64,000 nt of DNA. It comes from Macrostomum lignano. Its lineage: Eukaryota. Shown in pieces: positions 1 to 12,399 of the stretch; within the stretch, counting starts at the first letter, position 1; each line of letters starts with the position of its first letter. Position numbers and translations under genes: made by a program. Under the pieces are notes generated by a model. That model was given only the letters and a program-made list of their open reading frames with translations. It was not told where the DNA came from and made no database searches. Location of the stretch: contig NIVC01002863.1 in NCBI GenBank assembly GCA_002269645.1, positions 62,001-126,000 on the forward strand. Reading direction: 5' to 3'.

Positions 1-277
1 ACCGCCGCCCGGCGCTGTGGGGCTTCCAGGCTGCCATCGGCGTCAATGCTGCGCCCGCTTGCCGCTTCTGTGGCGAGGACGAGGCGATGGCCGTCCTTGC
101 TGACCAGCTGTCCCGCCCTGACGTCCCACCGCTGCCGCCTCTAGGGGCCCATGCCCGGAGCCCACGGCGGTGGTCGCCAATTATTCTGCTGTGCTGGACT
201 TCCTCAAAAAGGCGGGCGTCGTCTGAGCCCCAGTGACATGGCTGACTGCCCCAGAGCGCCCGAATCTGAAGAAGAGG
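1..277 (+). mobile_element. 3' end of a non-LTR retrotransposon (I/R1-like ORF2 C-terminus), frameshifted
   Basis: Frame 3 reads ...IGVNAAPACRFCGEDE (C-terminal zinc-knuckle remnant). After a frameshift it reads PEPTAVVANYSAVLDFLKKAGVV* (stop 224-226), a typical LINE ORF2 ending. A short UTR and a short GAA-type tail follow at about 268-277. Confidence 0.6.
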
Positions 278-1489
278 ATTGCAGATCTGGTCGTTGTAAT
301 TTCTGAGCATATAGGACACAAACAAGAAAGAGGCAGGTAGAGCTAGATTATTACAATATTTTCTTACATGGCTATATTGGTATTACTGTACACGCCTGTT
401 AAATTACTGAACATGTATTGAATAAAAATTAATGCATAGAAATCTTGGATAAAAAGTTTTATTTCTTACTCGAATATTGACTATTGAGCAGTGATGAGCA
501 TATATTTTGAGTGACTAATAACCAAATAATACACAAAGCAATCAAGTTCATAGTTATAGTTCATATATTCATATCTAGCTCATACTATGATATAATAGGA
601 AGTATCAATATTGACAAAAGGATTAATCCTATCATGTGCTATTTTAATACAAAAATTAATGAACAAGAGCTCCTTATGACTCAAGAGCCAAAATCCTTAT
701 TTAGACTAAGAATACTCCTAAAGAGCTTCAAGAAGAAAACTAAGACTACCAATTTAAAGAGCCAAATAAAACTTATTTAGTCAATAAGCTTTTAAAAGGT
801 TTGAGGATTTAGACATTTGAGGATATTAGGTATAGGCTAATGGAATCTAACTTAAGTATTACCCTTTTAGCAATCAGTTTTAATTCTGCTCGAACCAAAA
901 AGAATAAGCTAGCTTGCTTAGGGTACAGCACACTCACAATGAATTTGGCAGTTGCCTCAGGAAAGTCAGCAGGCTCCGCAGTTTACTTTTTAAACGTGAC
1001 GCAATGGATTCCAGCTGAAACCAACTGCTTCCATGCCAGCCTTCAACCGGAGCCCAGAAATTCTGCCCTCTGGCCAGGCGCTGATAAGAAGGGCAGCAGT
1101 TTTTTAAAATGCCCGAGTCCCTACTCAGGAGTGCTGCGGCCTGCGGAACACTGAACTTTGGCTCAGTGCAACCAGCTCGCATTGCACTCTGGACTGCTTG
1201 CGGCGGATGCCGTCACGTGTTCTCCGGCGCAGCGTGAAAGCGTTATCGGATCCAAAGGCCTTTTCTGACCCCCGGGTACAAAATGGGGCCGGGCGGCGGG
1301 TCGAACTTTCTCTGCTCTGCTCGCCCGGCTGTCTGACTGAAAAGTTTGCGGACTCGAACTCAACTGCCGACTAACTGAACCCGCCATCAGCCCAGCTGCA
1401 TCTCGAATCTTCCGTCTGAGTGAGTTCGCGTTTTAGCTGTATTCCATTTCAGTATTGGCCTTTGGCAGTGTGCTCAGGACCACTTCTGT

Positions 1490-2023
1490 TGGATTGCTAA
1501 TCTAGCCAACCGGAGTGAGAATAGAATGGATTGCTAATCTAGCCAACCGGAGTGAGAATAGAATGGATTGCTAATCTAGCCAACCGGAGTGAGAATAGAA
1601 TGGATTGCTAATCTAGCCAACCGGAGTGAGAATAGAATGGATTGCTAATCTAGCCAACTGGAGTAAGAATAGAATGGATTGCTAATCCAGCCAACTTGGA
1701 GTGAGAATAGAATGGTTTGCTAATCTAGCCAACCGGAGTAAGAATAGAATGGATTGCTAATCTAGCCAACCGGAGTAAGAATAGAATGGATTGCTAATCT
1801 AGCCAACTGGAGTAAGAATAGAATGGATTGCTAATCTAGCCAACTGGAGTAAGAATAGAATGGATTGCTAATCTAGCCAACCGGAGTAAGAATAGAATGG
1901 ATTGCTAATCTAGCCAACCGGAGTAAGAATAGAATGGATTGCTAATCTAGCCAACTGGAGTAAGAATAGAATGGATTGCTAATCTAGCCAACCGGAGTAA
2001 GAATAGAATGGATTGCTAATCTA
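1490..2023 (+). repeat. 37-bp minisatellite, about 14.4 copies, in the putative 5' UTR intron of the elongase gene
   Basis: Unit TGGATTGCTAATCTAGCCAACYGGAGTRAGAATAGAA. It lies between a GTGAGT donor at 1420 and the acceptor TTCCGCAG ending at 2219. Confidence 0.95.
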
Positions 2024-2220
2024 CACGAAGCTAGCCCATTTCCAGATCGCCAGTGCATGTAATTTATGCTAATTTTAGACATTTTTGAGTTCCGCCCTAG
2101 ACTAAACTGAGATCCCGGTGCGATGGACACAAATTAAGCCAACATCATCGCCTCACCTCAGATTTCTCACAGCCCCATCACCCCCTGCCCTCCCCACCCC
2201 AGCGCGCATCCTTCCGCAGA

Positions 2221-3042
2221 ATGGCCTCCACCCAGGCAGCCGGCATCGCTGAGTCCTTCCGCCAGTTCCGCCAGTGGCTGGACGACATGGCGGACCCGCG
2301 CACCAAGGACTGGTTCCTCTGCGGCGGCCCCGAGACCATCCTGGTCATCTGGCTGATCTACCTCGTCGGGGTGATCGCCGGGCCTCGGCTGATGCGCGAC
2401 CGGCCGGCCATGAACCTGCGCGGCGTGGCGCTGGTGTACAACTTCGTGCTGGTGCTGCTGTCCGTGTACATGGCCCGCGAGTTCTTCTGGTCCGCCTGGC
2501 TGGCGGGCTACAACCTGGCCTGCGACCCTGTGGACTACTCGGACTCGCCTCTGGCCATGCGCATGGCCTCCGTGTGCTGGTGGTTCTACGTCTCCAAGGT
2601 CATCGAGCTCATGGACACCGTGCTCATTGTCCTGCGCAAGAAGAACGAGCAGCTGAGCTTTCTGCACATCTACCACCACGCCACCATGATCCTGCTGTGG
2701 TGGAGCGGTGCCCGCTACGTCCCCGGCGGTCACTCGTTCTTCTGCGCCCTGCTCAACAGCAGCGTCCACGTGTTCATGTACCTGTACTACTTCCTGGCGC
2801 TGCTCGGCCCCCACATGCGCAAGTACCTCTGGTGGAAGCGCTACCTCACCCAGATGCAGCTGCTGCAGTTCCTGCTGTTCAGCGTGCACTCCTTCGTGAA
2901 CATCATGCAGCCGAACTGCGGCTTCCCCCGCGGCTACAGCATCTCCGTGGTCATCTACGGCATCTCCCTCATGCTGCTGTTCGGCAACTTCTACAGGAAT
3001 GCCTACAAGAGGACCAGCGGAGCTCGGAAGGTTGCCGACTGA
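2221..3042 (+). CDS. ELOVL: Very-long-chain fatty acid elongase (ELO/GNS1/SUR4 family, ELOVL4/7-like), uninterrupted CDS, 273 aa
   Basis: KxxExxDT motif (KVIELMDT), histidine box HIYHH, NSxVHVxMYxYY and TxxQxxQ motifs, multiple hydrophobic segments and high GC3. Confidence 0.95.
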   Translation: MASTQAAGIAESFRQFRQWLDDMADPRTKDWFLCGGPETILVIWLIYLVGVIAGPRLMRDRPAMNLRGVALVYNFVLVLLSVYMAREFFWSAWLAGYNLACDPVDYSDSPLAMRMASVCWWFYVSKVIELMDTVLIVLRKKNEQLSFLHIYHHATMILLWWSGARYVPGGHSFFCALLNSSVHVFMYLYYFLALLGPHMRKYLWWKRYLTQMQLLQFLLFSVHSFVNIMQPNCGFPRGYSISVVIYGISLMLLFGNFYRNAYKRTSGARKVAD

Positions 3043-4309
3043 AGCACCCAGCCAACAGGCCCCCCACTCGTGCTCAAAAAGCGCTCACAAAAGTTATTAC
3101 CAGTATCGAAGATTTAAATATTATGCCTAAAACTGTCGCACAGAATTCCACATAAAAGTACATTCACTTCGCTAACATCAGCTTTCTCTCTGATGAAGCG
3201 CCTGTCCTTAGCTTAAACCTCTGGCCGGATACTCAAATATAAACTGCGACCAGCCACTTCTTGTAACTAAAATGGCAACTATACATGTACTTGCTCGTCT
3301 ATGCAGACCGCATGGCATATCGCTTCATCATTTTTTACTGCACAGAATTTCCCAATTGTAGATTTATTTGAACTTTCACTTAATTTGCTGTCAAACGCCA
3401 CTTGTTGAAATGTGAAGACGTGCATAACTCAGGCCTCAGCGCTAAAGAGGCCATGCCCAACTGCTGTACGAGTACGTCGAGCTTTGGCTCACACTGTATG
3501 GTGTAGCGTAGATAAGAATTAGCTAACTTTTAAGCGAGCAATGACGGGACGCAATATATTTCAATGAACGGGTCCATTGAGTTTCATTGAGCTGTTAAAA
3601 TCAGTTTGGAAAAGTAATTCGCTGACAGAAAATTCTGTTGCGTGAATTTACAATGTTAATTCCAAGCGCAAAAACGCGAAATGTCTAAAAATTATAAAAA
3701 TCACCAGTTTTATTGTATGAAACAATGTAATTTTCAGCTAATGCCAATCAATAAGTAGTCCTTGATGCTAATAACAGTTTTAATTCGCGCTCTTATTTTC
3801 TTTTTTACTAGGGCGTGTTACTGTGAAAAGGAGCCCAATTTTAAAGTTCCGGACTTCCGGTAATTAGCTCATGCCGCTAATTGGTTTTTCGGTTGAGTTT
3901 TTTAAGGAAAATTCTACCAAATCGCATAAATTCTTTAAATTCGTCATTATGCCTATTTTAAAGTAAATTTCATGTAAATGCTTGAAATCTATGCTCATTC
4001 ATCCTGAAAGACCTCTGAATATTATACCCATTTTTATTACCTATTTAGAACAGTTTAAAGCAGACATCAGTCAGTCATGAAGTTGCTAGACACTTGCGAA
4101 GGTCCAATGATGGGTCAGACCACAGACACTAGAAATTAAGCAGACTTTTGCAGCTTTTAAAAAACTTAAAATTTCGTTTAAAAGTAGATAAATTTTCATT
4201 TCACTTTTGTAAAGGCAAAAAACGCAAATTTTGCTACTGAAAAAAGTAGAGAAACGCATTTTTTGCGAGTGACACGTGATCTAGTTATTCTAGAGCCTCT
4301 TCACGGCAA

Positions 4310-5070
4310 TCGGTTCTAGAACCAGAATAAATTCGAGTTCTAGAACCAGAACCAGTATGAAATGAGGAGCTTCGAACCTATATTTTATGTTTGACAGTCT
4401 TTACAATTTAATTTTGTCGTTCTTTGACTTTGTTTCCTCTTGGATATGACAAAAAAGGAATAATTATATAACAATGTAGTGACCTTCGCGAAAGTTCGAT
4501 GCATTTGAATTATTTAATTTCTAGAAATTTCCCCGTAGAGTACAAATTAAATTCTCGAAATTTCTTCTCACAGTAACTAATTCTAATACTCGCATTTATA
4601 AATATTCAATGTATAATTTATTACAGTAAGGCAGTACTACAATTAATGCAAATCTAATAGGAATCAATAATTAATATTTGTTTTGTTGTAATACTTAGAA
4701 TTTTCTAGAAGTTTCCGGCGATGCTCCTGATGGCTATAAATATACGGTGCCCACAGCGGATAATCTTTACTTCCTTACTTCTTCTCCATACTTCTTACTT
4801 TTGATTAAATTAAATAAGAACCACCGCCTAGCTCTTCCTTAATTTACATTAAATCCTTACAACAACAATAAAAAATTGACGATTTCAAATATATTTTACT
4901 GTTAAAGTGTAAACATGACAACGGTTCGAGAAAATTTCTCGAACCATATTCTAGAACCAGAACCATGTTCCGGAACTGATTCTGTTTTTCGAACCATCGA
5001 TATGAAGAGCATCGAACCGGTTCGGAACAGGTTCCGTTTTTCGAATCGGCGATATGAAGCTAGGCTCCTA
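4310..5070. repeat. Copy A of a dispersed repeat family with clustered TTCTAGAACCAGAA / GAACC motifs (probable non-autonomous DNA transposon relic)
   Basis: GAAAATTTCTCRAACCAWATTCTAGAAYCAGA occurs at about 4928 and about 12864. AGAACCAGAATAA...TTCTAGAAC occurs at about 4318 and about 12684. No TIR/TSD was resolved. Confidence 0.5.
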
Positions 5071-6284
5071 GTATCTATGGGGCAGACTCAAAAACGCCGA
5101 AAATTGAATCTTTTTTATATAGTACGTTGTCATCGACATTAATTTCTTAACTAAAACAAAATTGTTTTGTAAATATTCACTAAAACAGCAATTTGCTGAC
5201 TGAAATGCACCCAGTTCGAAAAGTGAGATAATATTTTCGCGTGCAATAATTGAAATTCTATGGTACATTTAACTACTCGTTATTGATCGATTATGAATTG
5301 GCTGAATCATGGCATGTCACAACACGGCAGCATGTCGTGTCAACGTTGATAGCGTTATTTACAGCTTTTATACTGGTGAATAAACATAATCGGTTCTAAA
5401 CTTTTTATTTTGAATGTTCAGTTCCGCTTTCAATTGGGTTCCAAAACTTATGCTCGGAAGACTTCTTCTATAGCGATAGCTAGCCTTTTCACGCATCTTG
5501 GTTCCACTGTTTCAGCACCACTGGCACTACCAGGATTCTGGTATTATGCAGCATTTTGGCACAATTTCTGTCTCAATTCTTTCCTATGTGGCCTATTAGT
5601 ATTGTGCAATAAAAACTTGATGTTTATCTGATTTTAGCCTATGCTGTTGTACTATTTGTCATAAATTTTATTATTTCTTAAGTTTAATAGATAATTTTAA
5701 TTTTGACTGTTTGTCTGCCTAGGCCCAAGTAGACTTTCTCAGTCTCCCCTAAAAAGTATAGCTTAGCCTTAGGTTGTAAAAACAAATAAACCTAAGTATT
5801 TTGATTGTAAAATAGGTCATAATCATTTCACATTTAAAAGTGAAATGAATGAATTTAATTTTAATTAATAATAGATAAAAATGTTAATATAAAAAATGCA
5901 CTTTAGCCTTTTTATGCCAATATAAGGCCTACCTCTTTCATTTTTTTGTTTTAGATATTCTAGGCCTAGTAGTAATTCTATTATTAATCTTTATTCTTTC
6001 TCTTTTCTATTCTTCTCCTTGGCTTGCAATTAGAATTAGGCTAGGCCCTATGTAGTACTAGATTCTATATTTGGCCTTTAAGTTAAAAACTTTTAAATCC
6101 CTAATTTAAATGATTAACATTATTATAAATTATAAATATTTGCTTTAGCATTTAATCAGGCCTAAAGCATCTAGATCAAGGGTTAGCAAACTCTGGCATA
6201 TGGGTCACATGTAGCCTACAATGTCTTTTTGACTTTCGGGTCCTTTAAAAATTCTTTAACAATTTGTACTGCTCATAGTTTGTC

Positions 6285-6580
6285 TCTTAGCTTTCTTCTC
6301 TTTTTTTCTTCTTTTTCATCTCTCCTTTCCAGTCTCTATTCCTCTCCTTTCCTTTCTACTCCTCTTTTTTCTTCTCTACTCTTCTCCTCTCCTATCTTTT
6401 CTCTTTTCTTTCCTTTCCTCTCCCCTCATCTCCCTTTTCCCTTCCTTTCCTCTCCTCTCCTCTCCTCTCTTCTTCCTCTCTCTTCTATTCTCTCTATTAT
6501 CTCTCCTTTCTTGTCGTCTCTCTTTCTTCCCTTAACTTTCCTTTCTTCTATTTGATCTTCTATATTCCCTTTCCTCTCCC
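6285..6580. repeat. Pyrimidine-rich (CT) low-complexity tract
   Basis: Almost exclusively C/T on the + strand. Confidence 0.85.
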
Positions 6581-7049
6581 CTTGTGGAGTTATGGGTTCT
6601 GCGAGGCAAAGTGCTTGCTGTGTGAAGCGTGAAAAGTAAAGCCCTTGGCTTGCAACAGAGTCCATATATTTATATTGTTTAGTGCAGCACATTTATTGAG
6701 TCGCACGCAGGAGTGAGATGGGGTGGTGGGTACTAGAATAAATATGATTGGCTAGGCATGCATAAGAGTGGGGGCGGGGTCACAGGGCTTGCACATTGAC
6801 TGAGAAAGTGAATAACACAAGTTTACAGTAACAATCCGACACCCCTCCACAGTCATGTGCTGGGTTCTCTATCTGGCCCTAAATGTAAAAATCTTGCCAA
6901 CCCCCAATTTGGATATTGGACTTTCTTGATAGGAATATTGTTTTTCTGTTGCCAAATAGAGTGAAATAAGAATGTGTAGCAGAAAGTTACTAAGAAACCT
7001 GATATTTAAATGCATTTTGCAGTCACAGCTATCCAACCAGAGAGCTGCC

Positions 7050-7652
7050 ATGCCCAATATTAAGCTGCAGTCTAGTGACAATGAGATATTCGAAGTTGAA
7101 CTGGAAATTGCCAAGCAGTCCAACACCATCAAGACCATGCTTGAGGACCTGTCAGTCTCTGATGACTCCGATGACCCAGTGCCGCTGCCCAATGTGAATG
7201 CAGCTATTCTCAAGAAGGTCATCGCCTGGTGCACTCACCACAAAGACGACCCGCCACCTGTGGAGGAGGATGAGTACAAAGAGCGCCGGACTGACGATAT
7301 CCCCACCTGGGATCTGGAGTTTATGAAGGTTTGTCATCCTTTTATGGGCTGATCTGTGTATTTGAGTGCAGCTGCTGTCCTTCAGTCCTTTGATGGGGCA
7401 AACCCTAACATACTTCTAATCTCAACTTTTCCCGGCCAACAGGTGGACCAGGGCACCCTGTTCGAGATCATCTTGGCCTCCAACTACCTGGACATCAAGG
7501 GCCTGCTAGACGTGGCCTGCAAGACGGTGGCCAACATGATCAAAGGCAAGAGTCCCGAGGAAATTCGCAAGACCTTCAACATCAAATGCGACTTCACTGC
7601 CGAGGAGCTGGAGCAGGTGCGCAAGGAGAACGAGTGGTGCGAGGAGAAGTGA
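7050..7652 (+). CDS. SKP1: S-phase kinase-associated protein 1; exons 7050-7328 and 7443-7652, 162 aa
   Basis: [16 protein letters not shown]...[23 protein letters not shown] joins [24 protein letters not shown]...ENEWCEEK across a 114-bp GT..AG phase-0 intron with a CTAAC branch motif. Confidence 0.97.
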
Positions 7653-8132
7653 AGTCAGCAGTCTGTTAGGGGCATGACTGTGTTAACTCTCTTTAATGAG
7701 TCGAGTATTGCAGACCTGCTCTAGTTTTATTCTCAACTTTCCCAATGAGTGCATTTCTTATCCAGCCAGCGCGAACTCGCGCTGTTCGAATACCTAATAC
7801 CTGTAGTAGTCTTTTTGTATCGCCTCAGCTGTTCTCGAAAATAAATAAAAGCATATTTCAACTTTCGGTTGTTTCTATATGAATTTGCAAGTTTCGCACA
7901 GGTGCTAACTTCAAGTGCATTTTGTCAATTGTTAGGGAGTAGCATTGTTGTTGGGAATTCATCTCAATCGGCAGGCTCTCGCAACGTCTTTAACGACTTT
8001 GTGCAGCCATGAGAGTCTTTGGAAACATTAAATTGTACAGGCTAAGTCCTACGTGTACTTTTATTTGATAGTCTGCTTTTGGTGGTTTGGGTGATGGCCG
8101 AGTGGCTCAATGGTCGCGAGTTGCGCCTCAGC

Positions 8133-9017
8133 TCAGCTGTCTCCCCCTGGCCGGCCGCTGCCGCTGCCGCTGCTGCTGCTGCCCCGCCGCTTGGACGGCA
8201 CCACGGTGACCGCCAGTCGGCTGTTGTGGATGACGTAATCGGACACCGAGCCCAGGAATGCCCGGCGGACGTCGCCGAGTCCGCGCGTGCCCATGACGAT
8301 CATGTGGCAGTTGGTGCGCCACGCGATGTCTACCAGAGCATCGCCCGGCCTCTTGCTGGGCTCCACGATGTAGTCCATCTTGGCGGGAGGCGGGGTGTTA
8401 CGGTTGCTGCTCTGGCTTATGAATAGCGGAGACTAAAACTAGACTCGGGATGCCACGGACTCGAGAAAATCAAATCTTGTTACTACCCGAGTGACTAGTC
8501 TACCGAGTGGTCTGCTGTTCTCACTCTACTGAGTGATCTGCAAACTGTTCTCACTCTACTGAGTGATCTGCAAACTGTTCTCACTCTACTGAGTGATCTG
8601 CAAACTGTTCTCACTCTACTGAGTGATCTGCAAACTGTTCTCACTCTACTGAGTGATCTGCAAACTGTTCTCACTCTACTGAGTGATCTGCAAACTGTTC
8701 TCACTCTACTGAGTGAGCTGCAGACTGTTTGCAACCCTTACCTTCATCTTCTTCTGCGCAGCCCTGTAGTGCACCTCCTCCTCCAAGGCAGCGGCCTTCT
8801 TGCTGCTCTCCATAATGATGTTGCGCCAGTCTTCCGTGGGCACATTGAAGCCGCTCTTGAGCGAGAAGGAAGGCAGAGAGGGCGGCTCCACGATGTGCGC
8901 GATGACCAGCTGGTCGCCATCCCTGCGGATGTTCTCCATGTAGAACTTGTAGGCCTCCTCGGCGTGGCTGGACCCGTCCAGTGGGATCATGATTTTACGT
9001 CCGCCTGTCGCTGCCAT
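8133..9017 (-). CDS. Universal stress protein (UspA domain); exon 1 9017-8742, exon 2 about 8378 (or 8411)-8133
   Basis: N-terminal IMIPLDGSSHAEEA and C-terminal IVMGTRGLG..RRAFLGSVSDYVIHNS are USP signatures. The AAG|GTAAGG donor is at 8741, phase 0. Two in-frame acceptors are possible. Confidence 0.9.
8515..8730 (-). repeat. 30-bp minisatellite, about 7 copies, in the USP intron
   Basis: + strand unit CTGTTCTCACTCTACTGAGTGATCTGCAAA starts at 8515, 8545, 8575, 8605, 8635, 8665 and 8695. Confidence 0.95.
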
Positions 9018-10479
9018 GGCTGCTATTGTGCTGTGAAGGACGTGATGCGATTGGGAAATAATATGGGAGCTTTATCTGAGAATAGAAATTCATTCTTTAT
9101 CCTTATCCCATGTTGTGAGGCAGAGCAGCTTCTTCGCCGTCTGCCTCTTGCGCCACACACCCTGGTTTGATAAGTTTCAAGCGCATCACTAAATGAGTTG
9201 TAGAATCGTAATAGTTGCAAAAAAGTCGCTGTAGTAGCGCTTAACATTCTAAGTAACTTAAGTAGACTGAATAGAGTTGTTTTTATAATACTAATCGTAA
9301 TGCGATTCTAATTGATAAGTGACAGGTGACGCAGATGCACGCTTTAGACGCAACTCAGCAACTCGAGGCTGATACGACTGTACGGCCCAGAGTCATCGGA
9401 AGCGACCCCAGAGTCACAGACAATAAAAACACACCTTGGCTCTTAGACGACTACCGTGACATCTCATCGTTTGAGAGTCGTCTAGAGCCACTCCTTTCCT
9501 ATTTTACCTGCGTTGCCAAGTATAAACGATTCTGGAACGTTTCTTGGCCTGGGTACCGTTTTCATCGGGTAAATGCCAAGTGTCTTTACTATAATTGTGC
9601 TCATTGGGCCGCCTCTAGCCAAGACAGTTACGTGAGTCTATTTTTATACAGAATTATGAAGCTCATTTCTGCCAAAGTATTTCATTCACGTGACGCTGCA
9701 CGGACGCCTGCCTGCCTCCCTATTTATCGGGTCAGAAAGAAGCAGTTAGAAAATGATGCGGCTTCGTGCTCAAAAGTGTTCTCCGCTTCCAGGGGTCTCT
9801 TACAATGAGAACCGAACATTCTTGGGGGTGTGTGGAAGCACAACTGCAAGCAACGTACAGACACAGAAGCAGCGCCACCCTCCCGATCCTCTCCAGTGTC
9901 TGCCCCACCTTCACCCACCCCCTCAGAACTGGCTGGATGAGTTGGATTGTTTCCATGCAAGGCCTGGCTCAGTGCTCGAAATTCTGCTGCTATATTTTCT
10001 ACAAAGTATTCGGTTTCCATGCGTGTCTGTTTGGTGAGCGAGAGTTCCGGAATGCGAATGGACATTCTAGAAACTCAATCAGCTGAGTTAATTCAAACCA
10101 TCTATTTTTAGAGGCTGATGAAAGCATGATGGATTCGTGTTGGTGGATGAAGTGGATGGTCGTCTAAGGCTTGACTCAATTGGACCAAAAGTCAATGACT
10201 TTGAGACAGATTCAAACCAAATTTTACCTTAAAATTATTGAAAGTATATTTGAAATGTATTAGAAATTTACTCACCTAATGGATCAGATTAAGTTGATTT
10301 TAAATACGCGTTATAATTAGGCGCTCAGCTTTCTTGTCTAATTTCGCTAATTTAGCTGTGCAAAGTGGCTAGACGGGCCGACGGCAGTCTCTGAATGCCA
10401 AACAAAGCATGCAGGTGCAAAACTGCAAATTCTGCCTATTTATGCTGCATGGAAGCCGGTCTCGAGGGGGAGGGGCAGA

Positions 10480-10481
<2 letters not shown>

Positions 10482-10566
<85 letters not shown>

Positions 10567-10577
10567 AGAGAGAGAGA
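10482..10577. repeat. (GA)n microsatellite
   Basis: About 40 GA units, directly visible. Confidence 0.95.
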
Positions 10578-10717
10578 GAAGTGAAGAGTAAAGAAAACAG
10601 CGAGCAGTCACGGCCGTCATGTGCAGTCTCAAAGCTGCAGGATCGATCAGGCTGTGCAAATTATACGAGCAGTGAGAGACTGGCTGTCTCTGTACCTGCA
10701 GGCAGGGTGGGGGCTAC

Positions 10718-10888
10718 GGGGGGGTTTCACAAACTCGAAATTTCACAACGTCGAAAGCACCTTCTTTCACAAGGTCGAAATTTCGCAAGGTCGTTCGATG
10801 TTGTGAAATTTCGACCATGTGAAGTTTCGACCTTGTGAAATAATTTACTTTTCGACGTTGTGAAATTTCGACCTTGTGAAAGCACCCC
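10718..10888. mobile_element. 171-bp MITE with about 39-bp TIRs and 8-bp target-site duplication
   Basis: Left end GGGGGGGTTTCACAAACTCGAAATTTCACAACGTCGAAA; reverse complement of the right end GGGGTGCTTTCACAAGGTCGAAATTTCACAACGTCGAAA. GGGGCTAC is duplicated at 10710-10717 and 10889-10896. Confidence 0.85.
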
Positions 10889-12399
10889 GGGGCTACAATG
10901 GACGGGCATATAGGAATAGATCTAATGAATGGTGCATCTCTGGCTTTGGGTGTGGGCAGCAATTCCGGAGCTCCAGTGCAGATAGCACTAGCAGCATATG
11001 CACTCGCCAGAGCATCCATTCGGGTTGCGGTAGTCGGGTTGCTTTCTCGGGTGCATTGCATGTTCATTGGAAAAAATGAAATGTCTTTCAATTATCGTCC
11101 ATTAGTCCACGCCTTGGATCGAAAAATTACCAAAAATTTTAGCAAAATGTCTCACTAAAACTTAACTGAATATAAAAATTACATCTAATGATTCTTTTCT
11201 AAATCAGTCATTTTTGCCATTGATCAATCAATGGGGATACATCATAATCATAATAGTGCTGATAAAAAGAGGTTAGTTTCCTTTTTCAGGCCCGTGGCTT
11301 TAATATAACAATTTTCTGCGTCTTGATTTTAAAAAGTGAGGGCTCTCTGTCTCTTTCCTAAAATTCAGGCTTTAGGCAACGCGACTGTTAATCTTTAAAA
11401 TTAGGCATGATTATTGTTCTATATCTGGTTTTTGGAGTAATTATTGTTTTTTCATTTGTTTAAATGTGTTAAAAATCAGCTGTTTAACAACAAAAACCAG
11501 TTTTCCTTTTTTATTGTACCGGATTCGTCGTCGAAATTATAGAGCTTTCTTTATCAGTCGTTACGATCATACAAATTATTCTGACAAGGGTTTTTGTTTA
11601 GATTTTCACACTCGCTCTTTAACCGCAAACTTTTTGCTTGAGCCAATAGATAGACATCGCTGGCTTATGAAGTTATTTTGCAAAAATTAACACTAGGCCT
11701 ATTATATAAATAGGATCTAGTTAGTTATTAACAAGTTTATAGTTTATATGGCCATGTGGGATATTAAACAAGATTCATTTTTCTAAGATGTTTGCAAGCC
11801 AAAGTGGGTCCTTCCTTTAGTTAGTCATTTTAGACATGACTCATAGGCCTGAATGTCTATTAGACACTCAGTCATAGACATTAGACAACTGTCAAGTATG
11901 TGATAAGGGCACATGACCAAGATGGCCACATACCAAGATGCCCACAGCTCCAAGTGTCTAAATAGTTAATGTTAAGCCTAGGTCTATTCATTTCACTCAT
12001 TTCCTATTGGTAATAATTAGGGAAATATATATGCTATTGCTATATTTGAATTATTATAATCACTCCTTTTGGCCTTAGCTTTTATTATAGCCTGACCTAT
12101 AGATATTCATTCATATAAAGCAAATACAGTAACCTAGTACAAAATATATACCTTTAATTATATATTTATTCCACTTTTTGCATAGCATTACAAGTACTAG
12201 TAGCAATGGTTTCTTGATAAACTGATAGTGATAGATAGTATTCTACCGTAAGGAAGGTCCATGTACCATAGCCGTAGCCATAAGAAAAACTATGGGTTAT
12301 TCCAATTCTCTATATTCTGTAGCCATAGGGACCCCAGTATTACCATATTCCCATAGTTCCCATAGCTGTCCATTTCGGCGACAAACCATTTTGGTAATA

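Noticed and set aside
1490-2023. CRISPR-like appearance of the 37-bp arrays (also 30760-30904)
   Set aside because: Units are directly adjacent with no unique spacers, there are no cas genes, and the context is eukaryotic and spliced.
2167-3155. Alternative-frame and antisense ORFs over ELOVL (similarly over the ePHD, PAN and ABCA NBD exons)
   Set aside because: This is an expected by-product of very high GC3 codon usage; there are no independent motifs.
8495-8734. Decapeptide-repeat ORF (VCRSLSRVRT)n
   Set aside because: It is the translation of the 30-bp intronic repeat, has a non-ATG start and is out of frame with USP exon 1.
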